A DNA stretch of 64,000 nucleotides, taken from Malacoraja senta. Taxonomy: Eukaryota. The position numbers and the translations under genes are program-made. Positions 25,055-36,626 of the stretch are shown here, piece after piece. Within the stretch, counting starts at the first letter, position 1. Each line of letters starts with the position of its first letter. The stretch lies in contig JAXLNO010004340.1 in the NCBI GenBank assembly GCA_038087875.1, positions 124,001 to 188,000 of the forward strand, in the 5' to 3' direction. Below the pieces are notes generated by a model. It saw nothing but the letters and a program-made list of their open reading frames with translations, was not told the DNA's origin and did not search any database.

Positions 25055-25800
25055 CATATAGGCCATTCGACCCATCAAGTCTACTCTGCCATTCAATCAT
25101 GGCTGGTCTATCTTTCTCTCTCAGCCCCTTTCTTAAATAGTGGGATAACATTAGCTACCCTCCAATCCACAGGAACTGGTCCTGAATCTATAGAACATTG
25201 GGAAATGATCACCAATGCATCCATGATTTCTAGAGCCACCTCCTTAAGTACCCTGGGATGCAGACTATCAAGCCCTGTGGATTTATCAGCTTTTAGTCCC
25301 ATCAGTCTACCCTACACCATTTCCTGCCTAATGTGAATTTCCTTCAGTTCCTCCATCACCCTAGGTCCTCTGACCACTAGTACATCTGGGAGATTGTTTG
25401 TGTCTTCCTTAGTGAAGACAGATCCAAAGTACCTGTTCAACTCTGCCATTTCCTTGTTCCCCATAATAAATTCACTTGTTTCTGTCTTCAAGGGACCCAC
25501 ATTTGTCTTAACTAATTTTTTTCATCTTGATATACCCAAAGAAGCTTTTACTATCCTCCTTTATATTCTTGGCTAGCTTAATTTTGTACCTCATCTTTTC
25601 TCCCCGTATTGCCTTTTTAGTTATCTTCTGTTGCTCTTTAAAAGTTTCCCAATCCACTGGCTTCCGCTCATCTTTACTATGTTATACTTCTCTTTTATTT
25701 TTATACTGTCCTTGACTTCCCTTGTCAGCCATGGTCGCCCCTTACTCCCCTTTGAATCGTTCTTCCTCTTTGGAATGAACTGATCCTGCACCTTCTATAT
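25055..25800 (-). mobile_element. Chimeric or internally deleted CR1 fragment
   Basis: Pre-RT ORF2 (GLKADKSTGLDSLHPRVLKEVA...VIPLFKKG) fused at ~25120 to a CR1 3' tail. Confidence 0.85.
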
Positions 25801-27424
25801 TATTACCATGGAGGTAATGTCCCCACTATCTGCTCTGCGATGCATTCTCTTTTTACAAAACCCCCATAAAAAAGAACATCACTGCACAGAAACAGGCAGA
25901 AGCAGGCATGGCAGTCTAAAAGGAATCCTGTGCCACGTCAATAATGCCTCAGGACACATAAGCACTCTCCACAGTGCGATGCAACAGAAAGTTGTCCAAT
26001 TATAGAATGCTAGCGGCTCCAACTATCTGGCAAGGGAAGGGAGTTACCAGCTTGGATAAAATGGTCCTTCCATATTCAATCACGTCTTTTCAATAACTGG
26101 CTGAGAAATGTCTAATCAGCCAGCATGACTTTTTCTGTCTTCTTCAGTTCACTTCATTCAGGACTGTGTCATGATTTGCATCGTGATCTTTATATGGAAG
26201 AAGCTGAGAACCTCATTGCCGGGGAATTCTTCATAGTGGTTCTTCATAGAATTCCGGCAGCAGTGTCGTGGAAACTTTATTGTCATGAGTATATGTATAC
26301 CCTCCTGATCTGTGGATGTTGTGTGTGCTATTTCAGTTATCACACTGGATTAGTTCCAAGCAAACAAATGTCACTGTTGCTATGTAGTTCGTGATGCAAA
26401 TGAGTGTTTCTAGGCAACAGCAAAGAGGATGCTAGATAGATGATTCTGGTGTCGTGTTTAAAGCGGCCAACTTGTAATGATTGCGTGTCGACTACAGTAG
26501 GAAATATACTTACGTGAGACACATATGGAGAATTAGGCATTCCACAAACTTCAAATTAAAATATAGCTAATTTATAAATCAGGATTTAAAAAAACACGAT
26601 TTCGAAAATGGGCAGAGCTATTGCCAGCTGATTTTTACCCGCTGCAAGTGTTGGTGGTGTGGGGGGGGGGGGGGGCAAAGGAGTGGGTGGAGAGTGGGAG
26701 TCATGACTGCTGTGGCATTAAGGGAAGTGTACAATCAAGATGCGGAAATGATCTTGGGGCGACGGTAATGATTCAGAATTGGTGGCACACTATCTCCTTT
26801 CTTCCAAAGATTTCTTCCCGTGACTGTGCCCAGCATAGCTTGGAGAGAAAAAACTTTACTCATGTCTTTTGATGATGATTAATAGAACTGATAAAGAAAG
26901 CTATATAAAATATCCCCTCAAGTTCTGTGATATTTTTATTTCACCAGCGATAATTCAAACACGGTGAAGTTCTGTCAGTCTATTATATATTATACCAGGA
27001 GACTGAACATCTTGGAGAGAATCTACAAATGAACAAACTGTACTGAGTGAGCAAGAAATTAATTTAATGGGCTTCATAATCTTTTCATTCCAAGTGCCTA
27101 CTTTCCATGAAAATTGCATTAAAAATAGTCAGACATATCTATTATTATTATATTAGAATAAGAAACCTGCCATCTATTAGAATATGATTTATCTTATATT
27201 TACTGGATGCAGATTGTTGAATTTGTGTTATAGACTGATTCAAATATTACATGCAAAAGATGAAGCAGATAAAAAAATACAATAAAAAGTAATTTTGCGA
27301 TCTATAGGTCTATAGGTAAAAGGAAGGACAAGTGTGTCAACTTTAAGGCAGGGTAATTTCTTGTAATTAATTCATTGTATTCATTAGGTATCACTGAAAT
27401 ATTGTTCACTCCCATTTATGGTGT

Positions 27425-27618
27425 TTAGAGTTTAAAGATACAGCATGGAAACAGGCTCTGCAGCCCACTGAGTCCATGGCGATCATTGATCACCTGCTCA
27501 TAAAGGCTTGATTTAATCCCACTTTCTCATCCCACTCTCCACACTAGGTGCAATTTACAGAGGCCAATTAACCTGCAAACCCACTTGTCTTTTGGATGTG
27601 GGAAGAAACCAGAGAAAC
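27425..27618 (-). mobile_element. V-SINE 3' half
   Basis: Reverse complement of the V-domain and tail. Confidence 0.75.
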
Positions 27619-28139
27619 AGCGGTCGAGGACACCAACGGCTACACTTGGCCAGGCCGACCCTGCAACGCCACCAGGACAATTGACCTTCAAGGCGAGGTT
27701 AAGAACTCTACACCTACAATGACCGGGAAGGTTGTTTGACGCCATTTTCAAAACTACAATGTTTTGGCACCATCTATTACAATATGACATATCTCATATT
27801 TACTGAATACAAATTGTTGAATTTTTATTATAGACTGATTCAAACATTACATGCAAAGGATGAAGTGGACCAAATAATATAATAAAAAAGGCATATTTAT
27901 GATCTTAAGATCTATAGGTAATAGGAAAACTGTGCCAAATCTGTTGACTGTACACTGTCAGTTTATTATTCCTGTACACTTGTACTGTATCTAAAATGTG
28001 CTCATGTAGTAATACTTGAACTGAACTGTATACAGAAATGAACATCACTGTACTTTGGTACATGTAACAATAAACCAATGAGCGTCTGGGAACCCTTGCC
28101 TTATGACCAATCAAAGTGAAGAACAATGATACAGGATGG

Positions 28140-28920
28140 TACTGAGAACCCTAAGGTCACACACTGGACTCACATGGAAGTCCTGTGTAAGTGGTGGACG
28201 GAGCGCACCGTCTCAGAAACTATCCACCCTCCTGCCCCATTTGAGGTCCAATCTGCGGTTCCCACATTGGATTTAATTGGCATCTCAAAAACCACTGGAA
28301 GCAAGTTATACCCAATCTCAAGGCACTTTCTTCTATGAAAATTATGTTTATGTCGTTGATCACTTCCAGACCATAAGATGATGAGTTCATAGTATTGGTG
28401 CTCAGTCAGATGGAATGTCTCTCAGAGCTACGGTCAGTGGCAGTTCCCACCATGTTCTACTGTGTCCATCGCAATTACCATCACCTGATGTGCTGGCCAT
28501 GGAAGAGGAATCTCCTACGCTGGTACAGCATATGCTATTGCAATAGCACAGAGCAGAGGCAGTCTGAAACTGATCTGTTAAGTTTTATGAGGCAGCACCT
28601 ACAAAGAACATCCCACTTCCCAGATGCAGCAGCTAAGGCGTTGCTGCAGAAAGTGGTCAGAAGAGGAATCAGCCCATTGGTATTCAAACAGGAGGAGCAC
28701 ATTGTGTGAAAGGAGGTGACAGAAAGAGTTCTGTCACTGTTGCCAACACCCAGAGAATGTGCAGCAGATGAGGGAACAGCTTGATAATCTACTCATCAAT
28801 GCTTTACTGTACATTCAGCAGAGATATAAAATATGCACACCAAAGATTGTCTTCTCACAGTCTGGTGCACGTTGGCTACACACATGAGCTTTGGCCAACT
28901 GAGGGAAAGAGGGGTTCGAA
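28140..28920 (+). mobile_element. Possible very old Tx1/L1-clade LINE 3' fossil
   Basis: HFPDAAAKALLQKVVRRGISP loosely resembles Tx1-type ORF2 C-termini as I recall them; weak. Confidence 0.3.
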
Positions 28921-28954
28921 GACTAAGACCTCCAAATGGACATTGTCAATAGTC

Positions 28955-30660
28955 CGAAGATAGACACAAAGTGCTGGACTAATTCAACAGGTCAGGCAGT
29001 GAACCTGGAGTATGTGGATAGGCAACGTTTCAGGTTGGGACCCTTCTTCAGACTGATTCTAGTAGGGGAAGAAAGCTGGAAGAGAGGCAGGGGGTGAGAC
29101 AAAGCCAGGGAAGTAAAAGGTGGATACAGGAGAGAAGGGTTTTTGATTGGAATATAGGTGGGCAAAGGCCAGAGATGGGATGAAGACAAAAGGTTGTGAG
29201 ATCAGGGGAGAAGAGGCACAAAATGTCAAGCCATAGAAAGGGATATGGGTGGGAGATGAAGGAAAGGGAAAGGGGAGATGGAATGATGGGAGAAATGGGT
29301 GTGCATTCAGCTGGGGCACATAAGAGGAAGGGGTTAGCAGAATGGGGGGAGAGGGGGGGGGAGGTGTTGTTGGTAGGTTGCCTAAAGTTGAAGAATTCAG
29401 TGTTCACACCATTTAGCAGAGTTACAAAATTTTGAGATTTTAAAAATCAAGTCTGCAATTTACCCCATCAGATAAAGCATAAAAATAAGTTTAATTTGAC
29501 ACCTAATTCACTTTCATATCTTCAGTATTAAAAAAGTTGTGGCCATTTTCATACTCGGAAATTAGCATCTTGTTCCCTATTGCTTTTCCATTGACTTAAC
29601 TCAAAAGCTGTGATCAAGGACAGTCAAAAGCCCATAACTTTCTTAAAAGTTAAGAGAACTGAATGAAATTTTCAGTTATTATAGATTGAAGCATTCTGAA
29701 ACAAATATGAAACAATCTTACTTGGATGACCTGAAATTAAAGCATATAATTAGTTAGTTACCTAATTGTAGCTAATTACAAAATTCAATTACTAGATCTA
29801 AACATCTATCCATTTCTTAAGAAAAGGTTAACATTTTTTAAATAGCCTAAGTGTCCAAATAACATTCACACAAGAATTCACAATATAACATGATTTTTAA
29901 ATCTCATTGTCATGAATTTATAGGCCAAATGGAAGGAATTTAGTGTTTAATTCCCGTAAATTAATGGTCATTTTAATAATCTTGCGAGTGAGATTTTGTG
30001 GAACGCGATCGATTGGAACGTTGCATTTGCGGTGAATTTAAACCCCATATCGGCAGGAAAAACACTGCCGGTTCGTATGGGGCCTTAATCACATTTTCGC
30101 AACTAGAAATTTTGATTAAAGGCATCCTAAGAAGCACGTTTATATGTAAATTTAAACGGCGTACCTTGCTTTGTCCCGTACGTGAGATCCGTCTCGTTGT
30201 CAGCGTTGACAGCTTTAGAAGACGATTTTAATTTTACTCCTGCTATTAAATTATCCAGCGCTATTTTTAACAAACTTGATAAAACAGCAGTCGGAGCGAT
30301 TTTTCTTCAGCAACTAAACAGCCTGACAAAAATTGATTTCAACAGGCTGGAGAAAACGGCATTTTAAACCCGCCCCCTTCTCAAAGGCGCCAAAGTCGCG
30401 CACAAGGCCAGTGACAGAACTGCAGCGCCGCTGAAGGTAAGTTTTGTTACATACCTACACCATTAGATTGTAAGCTACCCAAGTGCAATATGAGGTGCTG
30501 TTCCATCAGTTTTTGTGCGGCTTCACCCTTGCAATGGAGGATTCACAGGACAGAAAGGCAGTAGGGACCTCCTCCAATGCTAGAGTGAAAACATACACAA
30601 ACTAAAGGAACAGCACCTCATGTTCAGCTAGGGTAGCTTACAACCTAATAGTATGAACAT
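28955..30660 (-). mobile_element. Penelope 3' end (endonuclease C-terminus plus terminal repeat), split by the TIR element
   Basis: Hammerhead reverse complement at 29022-29053; ttgcctaaagttgaagaattcagtgttca..gtaagctacccaag is the reverse complement of the endonuclease end. Confidence 0.75.
29414..30457. mobile_element. Non-autonomous TIR DNA transposon, 1044 bp, copy 1
   Basis: Imperfect TIR tagcagagttacaaaa / ttttgttacataccta; TSD caccatt at 29407-29413 and 30458-30464. Confidence 0.9.
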
Positions 30661-30828
30661 TTTCTTTAAAAGTGTATAACAAGTGGCTGATCCATAATCA
30701 CATCTTTTATACACAATTGGCATCATTCTGAGGTGGAGTCCAGATAAGGGCATTTGATATTTTATCTAATTGTCCCCATTGAAACTTACCGAATAGTAAA
30801 AGGCTGGGACAGAATGGATGTGGAGAGG

Positions 30829-32659
30829 ATAGACAATAGACAATAGACAATAGACAATAGGTGCAGGAGTAGGCCATTCGGCCCTTCGTGCCAGCACCGC
30901 CATTCAATGTGATCATGGCTGATCATCCCCAATCAGTACCCCGTTCCTGCCTTCTCCCCACATACCCTGACACCGCTATTTTAAGAGCCCTATCTAGCTC
31001 TCTCTTGAAAGCATCCAGAGAACCTGCCTCCACCACCCTCTGAGGTAGAGAATTCCACAGACTCACCACTCTCTGTGAGAAAAAGTGTTTCTTCGTCTCC
31101 GTTCTAAATGGCTTACTCCTTATTCTTAAACTGTGGCCCCTGGTTCTGGACTTCCCCAACATCGGGAACATGTTTCCTGCCTCTAGCGTGTCCAAACCCT
31201 TAACAATCTTATATGTCTCAATGAGATTCCCTCTCATCCTTCTAAACTCCAGAGTGTACAAGCCCAGCTGCTCCATTCTATCAGCATATGATAGTTCCGC
31301 CATCCCGGGAATTAACCTTGTAAACCTACGCTGCACTCCCTCAAAAGCAAGAATGTCCTTCCTCAAATTAGGGGACCAAAACTGCACACAATATTCCAGG
31401 TGTGGTCTCACTAGGGCTCTGTACAACTGCAGAAGGACATCTTTGCTCTTATATTCGATTCCTCTTGTTATAAAGGCCAACATGCCATTCGCTTTCTTCA
31501 CTGCCTGCTGTACCTGCATGCTTACTTTCATAGACTGTTGTACAAGGACCCCCAGATCTCATTGTACTTCCCCTTTTCCCAACTTGACACCATTTAGATA
31601 GTAATCTGCCTTCCTGTTTTTGCTACCAAAGTGGATAACCTCACATTTATCCACATTAAACTTCATTTGCCATGCATCTGCCCACTGCCCCAATCTGTCC
31701 AAGTCACCCTGCATTCTCATAGCATCCTCCTCACAGTTCACACTGCCACCCAGCTTTGTGTCAAGTGCAAATTTGCTAATGTTACTTTGAATCCCTTCAT
31801 CCAAATCATTGATGTATATTGTAAATAGCTGCGGTCCCAGCACCGAGCCTTGCGGTACCCCACTAGTCACTGCCTGCCATTCTGAAAGGGACCCGTTAAT
31901 TCCTACTCTTTGTTTCCTGTCTGCCAACCACTTCTCTATCCATGTCAGCACTCTACCCCCAATACCATGTGCCCTAATTTTGCCCACTAATCTCCTATGT
32001 GGGACCTTATCAAATGCTTTCTGAAAGTCCAGGTACACTACATCCACTGGCTCTCCCTTGTCCATTTTCCTAGTTACATCTTCAAAAAATTCCAGAAGAT
32101 TAGTCAAGCATGATTTCCCCTTCGTAAATCCATGCTGACTCGGACCGATCCTGTTACTGCTATCCAAATGTTCGGCTATCTCATCTTTTATAATTGACTC
32201 CAGCATCTTCCCCACCACCGATGTCAGGCTAACTGGTCTATAATTCCCTGTTTTCTCTCCCCCGCCTTTTTTAAAAAGTGGGATAACATTAGTTACCCTC
32301 CAATCCACAGGAACTGATCCTGAGTCTATAGAACATTGGAAAATTATCACCAATGCATCCACGATTTCTAGAGCCACTTCCTTAAGTACCCTGGGATGCA
32401 GACCATCAGGCCCTGGGGATTTATAAGCCTTCAGTCCCATCAGGCTATTCAACACCATTTCCTGCCTAATGTGGATTTCCTTCAGTTCCTCTGTCACCCC
32501 AGATCCTCTGGCCACTACTATATCGGGTAGATTGTTTGTGTCTTCCTTAGTGAAGACAGATCCAAAGTACCTGTTCAACTCATCTGCCATTTCATTGTTC
32601 CCCATAATAAATTCACCTTTTTCGGTCTTCAAGGGATTCACCTTTTTCGGTCTTCAAGG
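30829..32659 (-). mobile_element. Young 5'-truncated CR1 LINE; RT nearly intact (360-aa and 202-aa frames), catalytic motif mutated to FALD
   Basis: KSPGPDGLHPRVLKE; NYRPVSLTSV; QHGFTKGKSCLTNL; YLDFQKAFDKVPH; SGVPQGSVLGP; (attgtct)n tail. Inserted into an older plus-strand CR1 (~30775-33835). Confidence 0.95.
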
Positions 32660-32705
32660 ATGATTCCACTAGTGGGCGGGTCAAGGACCAGAGGTGTTAG
32701 GACTT

Positions 32706-33562
32706 AAAGTAAAGTAAAGTAAAGTAAATTTATTTATATAGCACTTTTCAATCAATTTCAATCACTGAAGCCAAAGTGCTTTACAGAGAAAATTATCCAT
32801 ATAAATGAAAAAAAAACAGGTAGAAAAAAAAGACACGACACACTATTAGAGATTCAACACGAACATCCCCCCACAGCAGAGTCGACATTCTCCACTGTGA
32901 GGGAAAGGCACCAAAATGTCCAGTCCTCCTCCTAGTCCACCCGAGGTCGGGGCAAGTTCGAGGCCTCCGCAGCCAGTCGCCGCAACGGCAGCCCGATGTT
33001 GTAGGCCCACCTGCCGGGAAGCTGGAACACCGGCATCGGGTGGAAGGTCCTCAGCGGCTTGGAAGGGTCTGGAGAGGCCGCTCCCTCCCCGGAGACTGCG
33101 ACGCCCGTGGACTTCAGCTTCGACTCTGACTCCGCGGTGTTTTCGATCCAGCACCGCCCGCCCGCGGCAGGGTGCCCTCAGACCGCAGACCGCAGACCGC
33201 AGACCGCGGCTGCTCGATGTTGGTGGTCGGCGGTCACAGCACTCCGGAGCGGCGACCCGGCAAGGCATCGCCCGCTCCTTGTTGGTGTCCCAGCGCTGCG
33301 CCGCCGAAGCTGTGGTCCCGGCAGGAATGCCGCTCCAGCCCGATGGAAGGCCGCATGGGGAGAGCGAAGATGCGATTTGGAGGAAAACCGCATCTCCGAC
33401 CAGGTAGAACTGGGGTTGAAACAGTTTCCCCACCTCCCACCCCCCACATAGAAAGAATAGACCTCCAAATAAAAGTTATAGACAATAAAAAGGGTTAGAG
33501 GACGGACTGCAGGCAGGCGCCCGTACAAACGGTGCCCACTCCTGCACATCCGCCATCTTGGA
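32706..33562 (-). mobile_element. Non-autonomous GC-rich retroposon with L2-type 3' tail
   Basis: Minus strand starts ccaagatggcgg and ends tgtaaagcactttg...aaaagtgctatataaataaa(tttac)n; interrupts an older CR1. Confidence 0.75.
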
Positions 33563-33564
33563 AT

Positions 33565-33840
33565 TAGAATAAAAGGACGTACCTTTAGGTAGCAGATGAG
33601 GAAGAATTTCTTCAGTCAGAGGGTGGTGAAACTGTGGAATGAATTGCCTCAGAGGGCTGTGGAGGCAAAGTCAGTGGATATATTTAAGGCAGAGATAGAT
33701 AGATTCTTGATTAGTACAGATATCAGGGGTTATGGGTAGGGCAGGAGAATAAGGTTGAGAGGGAGAGATAGACTAGACATGATTGAATGGCGGAGTAGAC
33801 TCGATAGGCCAAATGGCCTAATTCTGCTCAAATCACATGA
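33565..33840 (+). mobile_element. CR1 3' end (continuation of the older copy)
   Basis: ttcttcagtcagagggtggtgaaactgtggaat..., plus 3' UTR. Confidence 0.85.
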
Positions 33841-34094
33841 ACATAAATTAACCAAGTTAATGCAAAGTCCTGAAGGCAGAATCAGGTCCCACTGTAATCC
33901 AGATGGAAGCTATTTTCTTCTGTAATTGTTGGTATTGGTGGTGATTCACTGGAAGTTGAATAGTAGAAAATATACTTCAATATGTGAATGCTTGAAATGC
34001 ATACCTGTATGCTAGGATTCCATCATAAAGCATGGCTCGAACATTTTTTTCTTATTTCTAATTTTGACAATATTTGAATTTCATTATGGGTGGT

Positions 34095-34660
34095 GGGTGA
34101 AGCAGAGGGTGATGATGGAAGGTTGTTTTACAGACTGGAGGGATCTGCGCTAGGTCCATTGCTGCTTGTGATTTGTATCAATGATTTGGATGAGCATGTA
34201 CAAGGCATGATTAATAAGTTTGCAGATGACACTAAAGTGAGTGGTATCGTAGATAGCAAATATGGTTATCAAAAATTACAGCAGGATCTTGATCAGCTGG
34301 GCAAGTGGGCTGAAGAATGGTTAATGGAGTTTAATGTGGATAAGTGTGAGGTTGCATTTTGCGAAGTCAAACCAGGGCAGGACCTTCACAGGTTCCTGGA
34401 GAGTGTTGTAGAGCAGTGGGATCTAGAAGTACAGGCACATAGTTCCTTGAAAGTTTCATCATAGGTAGATAGGGCTTTCGGTAGATGATATAAGTGCTAT
34501 AACAACATTTAAAAGACACTTGGACATGTATGTGGATTAGAAAGGTTGAGAGGGATATGGGCCAAATGCAGGGGTGCGACTAGTGTAGATGGAGCACCTT
34601 GATCGGCATAGGCAAGTTGAGCCAAAGGACCTGTTTCCATGCTCTATGACCTTATGACTG
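34095..34660 (+). mobile_element. Older CR1 fragment with internal deletions
   Basis: GSALGPLLLVICINDLD...NKFADDTKV; (tatgac)n tail. Confidence 0.85.
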
Positions 34661-36118
34661 CTATCTTAATTAGTTTTAATTCCTTCTCAGCTGAATGGCA
34701 TTGTATAACAGAAAGAGAAAGCAAGAAAAGTTTTTATAGATGTATGAGGCATCTAAGAGGAAGAAAATGAGATTGGATCATTATATAACAGTCTGTTATA
34801 TGTGGAAACATTGTTAAGAATACCAAAGAATTGCACTTGAAATGCGGCATAATATACAGGAGAATGTATCAACAGATCCAAACAGTTGTGGCAGGTTACA
34901 GATCGATCTTGTCATAAAAAGGCAAGAGGGATGCTGGGAAAAAGATAATCTTATAAATTACAGTCGTAAGGGACGGAGATTTAATTGGGTATACACAGAT
35001 CGTGTTCAAAAACCATAATTATACACTAACTAGATAAAATCTTTCAGTTCACCAATCTGTACATTGCTTCAGTTTCTCAAAAGACTCCTGCCTGACATTT
35101 TTATATTAGAAATTCACTTGGTAAAATTGAGTGTCACCCCTACCCCAGCAGTCTCTGAATTACCATGAAATGTCATGAATGTTTATGCCACATTTATTAT
35201 GGGATGTGTATAAAACATCCTGCCTAGAATGGTCTACTCTTTGTGGTATCAATTTTATGGCTTATAAATGCTAATAATACAAAGATCCTGCAGTTTATTC
35301 AATATTCTTGTGGTTATGTGACTTGCTACAATTTAACCGCATACCTTCAAATTCTTATTTATACAATTGAATTCTTAAAGAACTTTAGAAACTTGGTAAG
35401 GTAGAATAAAAAATAACTGGGCATAATTGACTTTGTTGATATTAGTGACAAGCACTATAAACATTTGGATAAGATACCAAGGTTAAACCATTTATTTAAC
35501 ATTGGATGATACCATTGAATCGTAGAGTTTAACAGCTGATAAAGAGAAATACTTACATCTTTAAAGCATATTCTACATCACTTTTACAATGAGCCATACA
35601 ACTTTATAGTCAATGAAATGCACACAGTTGTAATGTAGAAACATGGTAGCTTATTAAATAGATACAGCAACCTAATAATGTGCATGATCAAACTTATGGA
35701 GATTGATTGATGTTGAACAGGATACTGAGGGTAATTCCCTTGTTCTTCTGCAGAACATGCCCCCTATGGTCTTTCCAACTCTCCCAAGTGGGTAGATTTG
35801 GTGTAGGAATGAACACAGAGGGGGGGGGAGCAGCGAGAGAAGATGTTGCAGAACTCTCGTCGATTCTGTTTTATTCCCTTTTGAATGATTCCTCGTCTGG
35901 CAGAGAACACTCACTCAGTACTCCACTGATCATCAGCTTAAGGAGACCATTTGGCCCACAATGTTTCTGCTGGCTCTTTGAATTAATTAGTCCATCAGTT
36001 TAGTTCTACCGCTCATACCCAAGGTATTTTTGAACATTTCCTTCACCAACCAAATATCTAATTTGCCTTTGAATACCACTGCTAAGTGAGCAACTGATGG
36101 GTTTCATACAAACAGTAA

Positions 36119-36435
36119 AGGGCCTGTCCCACTGTACGAGCTAATTCAAGAGCTCTCCCGAGTTTTAAAAAAAATCAAACTCGTGGTAAGCACATAGAAT
36201 GTACGTAGCGGGTACATCGGAGCTCGGGACGTCTCTTAGTAGCTCGTAACGCTAACGGCAGGTACTCGGGAAACGCGGTAAGCTCATGAAGACTCATGAA
36301 GATTTTTCAACATGTTGATAAATTTCCACGAGAGCCCCGAGTAACTACAAGCGGCTATTACCGTAATTCTCCGAGTTCGAATCAGGAGAAACTCGGGAGA
36401 ACTCTTGAATTAGCTCGTACAGTGGGACAGGCCCT
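36119..36435. mobile_element. PIF/Harbinger-type palindromic MITE
   Basis: Long TIR agggcctgtcccactgtacgagctaattcaagag; TSD TAA. Confidence 0.9.
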
Positions 36436-36534
36436 TAAGTCTAACAATATCATCAAGAGTAAATTTTTATTTGTTTCTTTACAAATCCTCTTTAATTTGA
36501 CTTGTGGTCATCGTCAAACATCACCTTTCAGACA

Positions 36535-36626
36535 GTCTGAAGAAGGGTTTCAGCCCGAAAGGTTGCCTATTTCCTTCGCTCCATAGATGCTGCTGCACCC
36601 GCTGAGTTTCTCCAGCATTTTTGTGT
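36535..36626 (+). mobile_element. 92-bp hammerhead-bearing Penelope terminal-repeat insertion, 12-bp TSD
   Basis: acctttcagaca at 36523-36534 and 36627-36638. Confidence 0.85.

Noticed and set aside
32846-33549. Several long overlapping ORFs (up to 195 aa)
   Set aside because: By-product of high GC in a non-autonomous retroposon; low-complexity Arg/Ala/Pro translations on both strands
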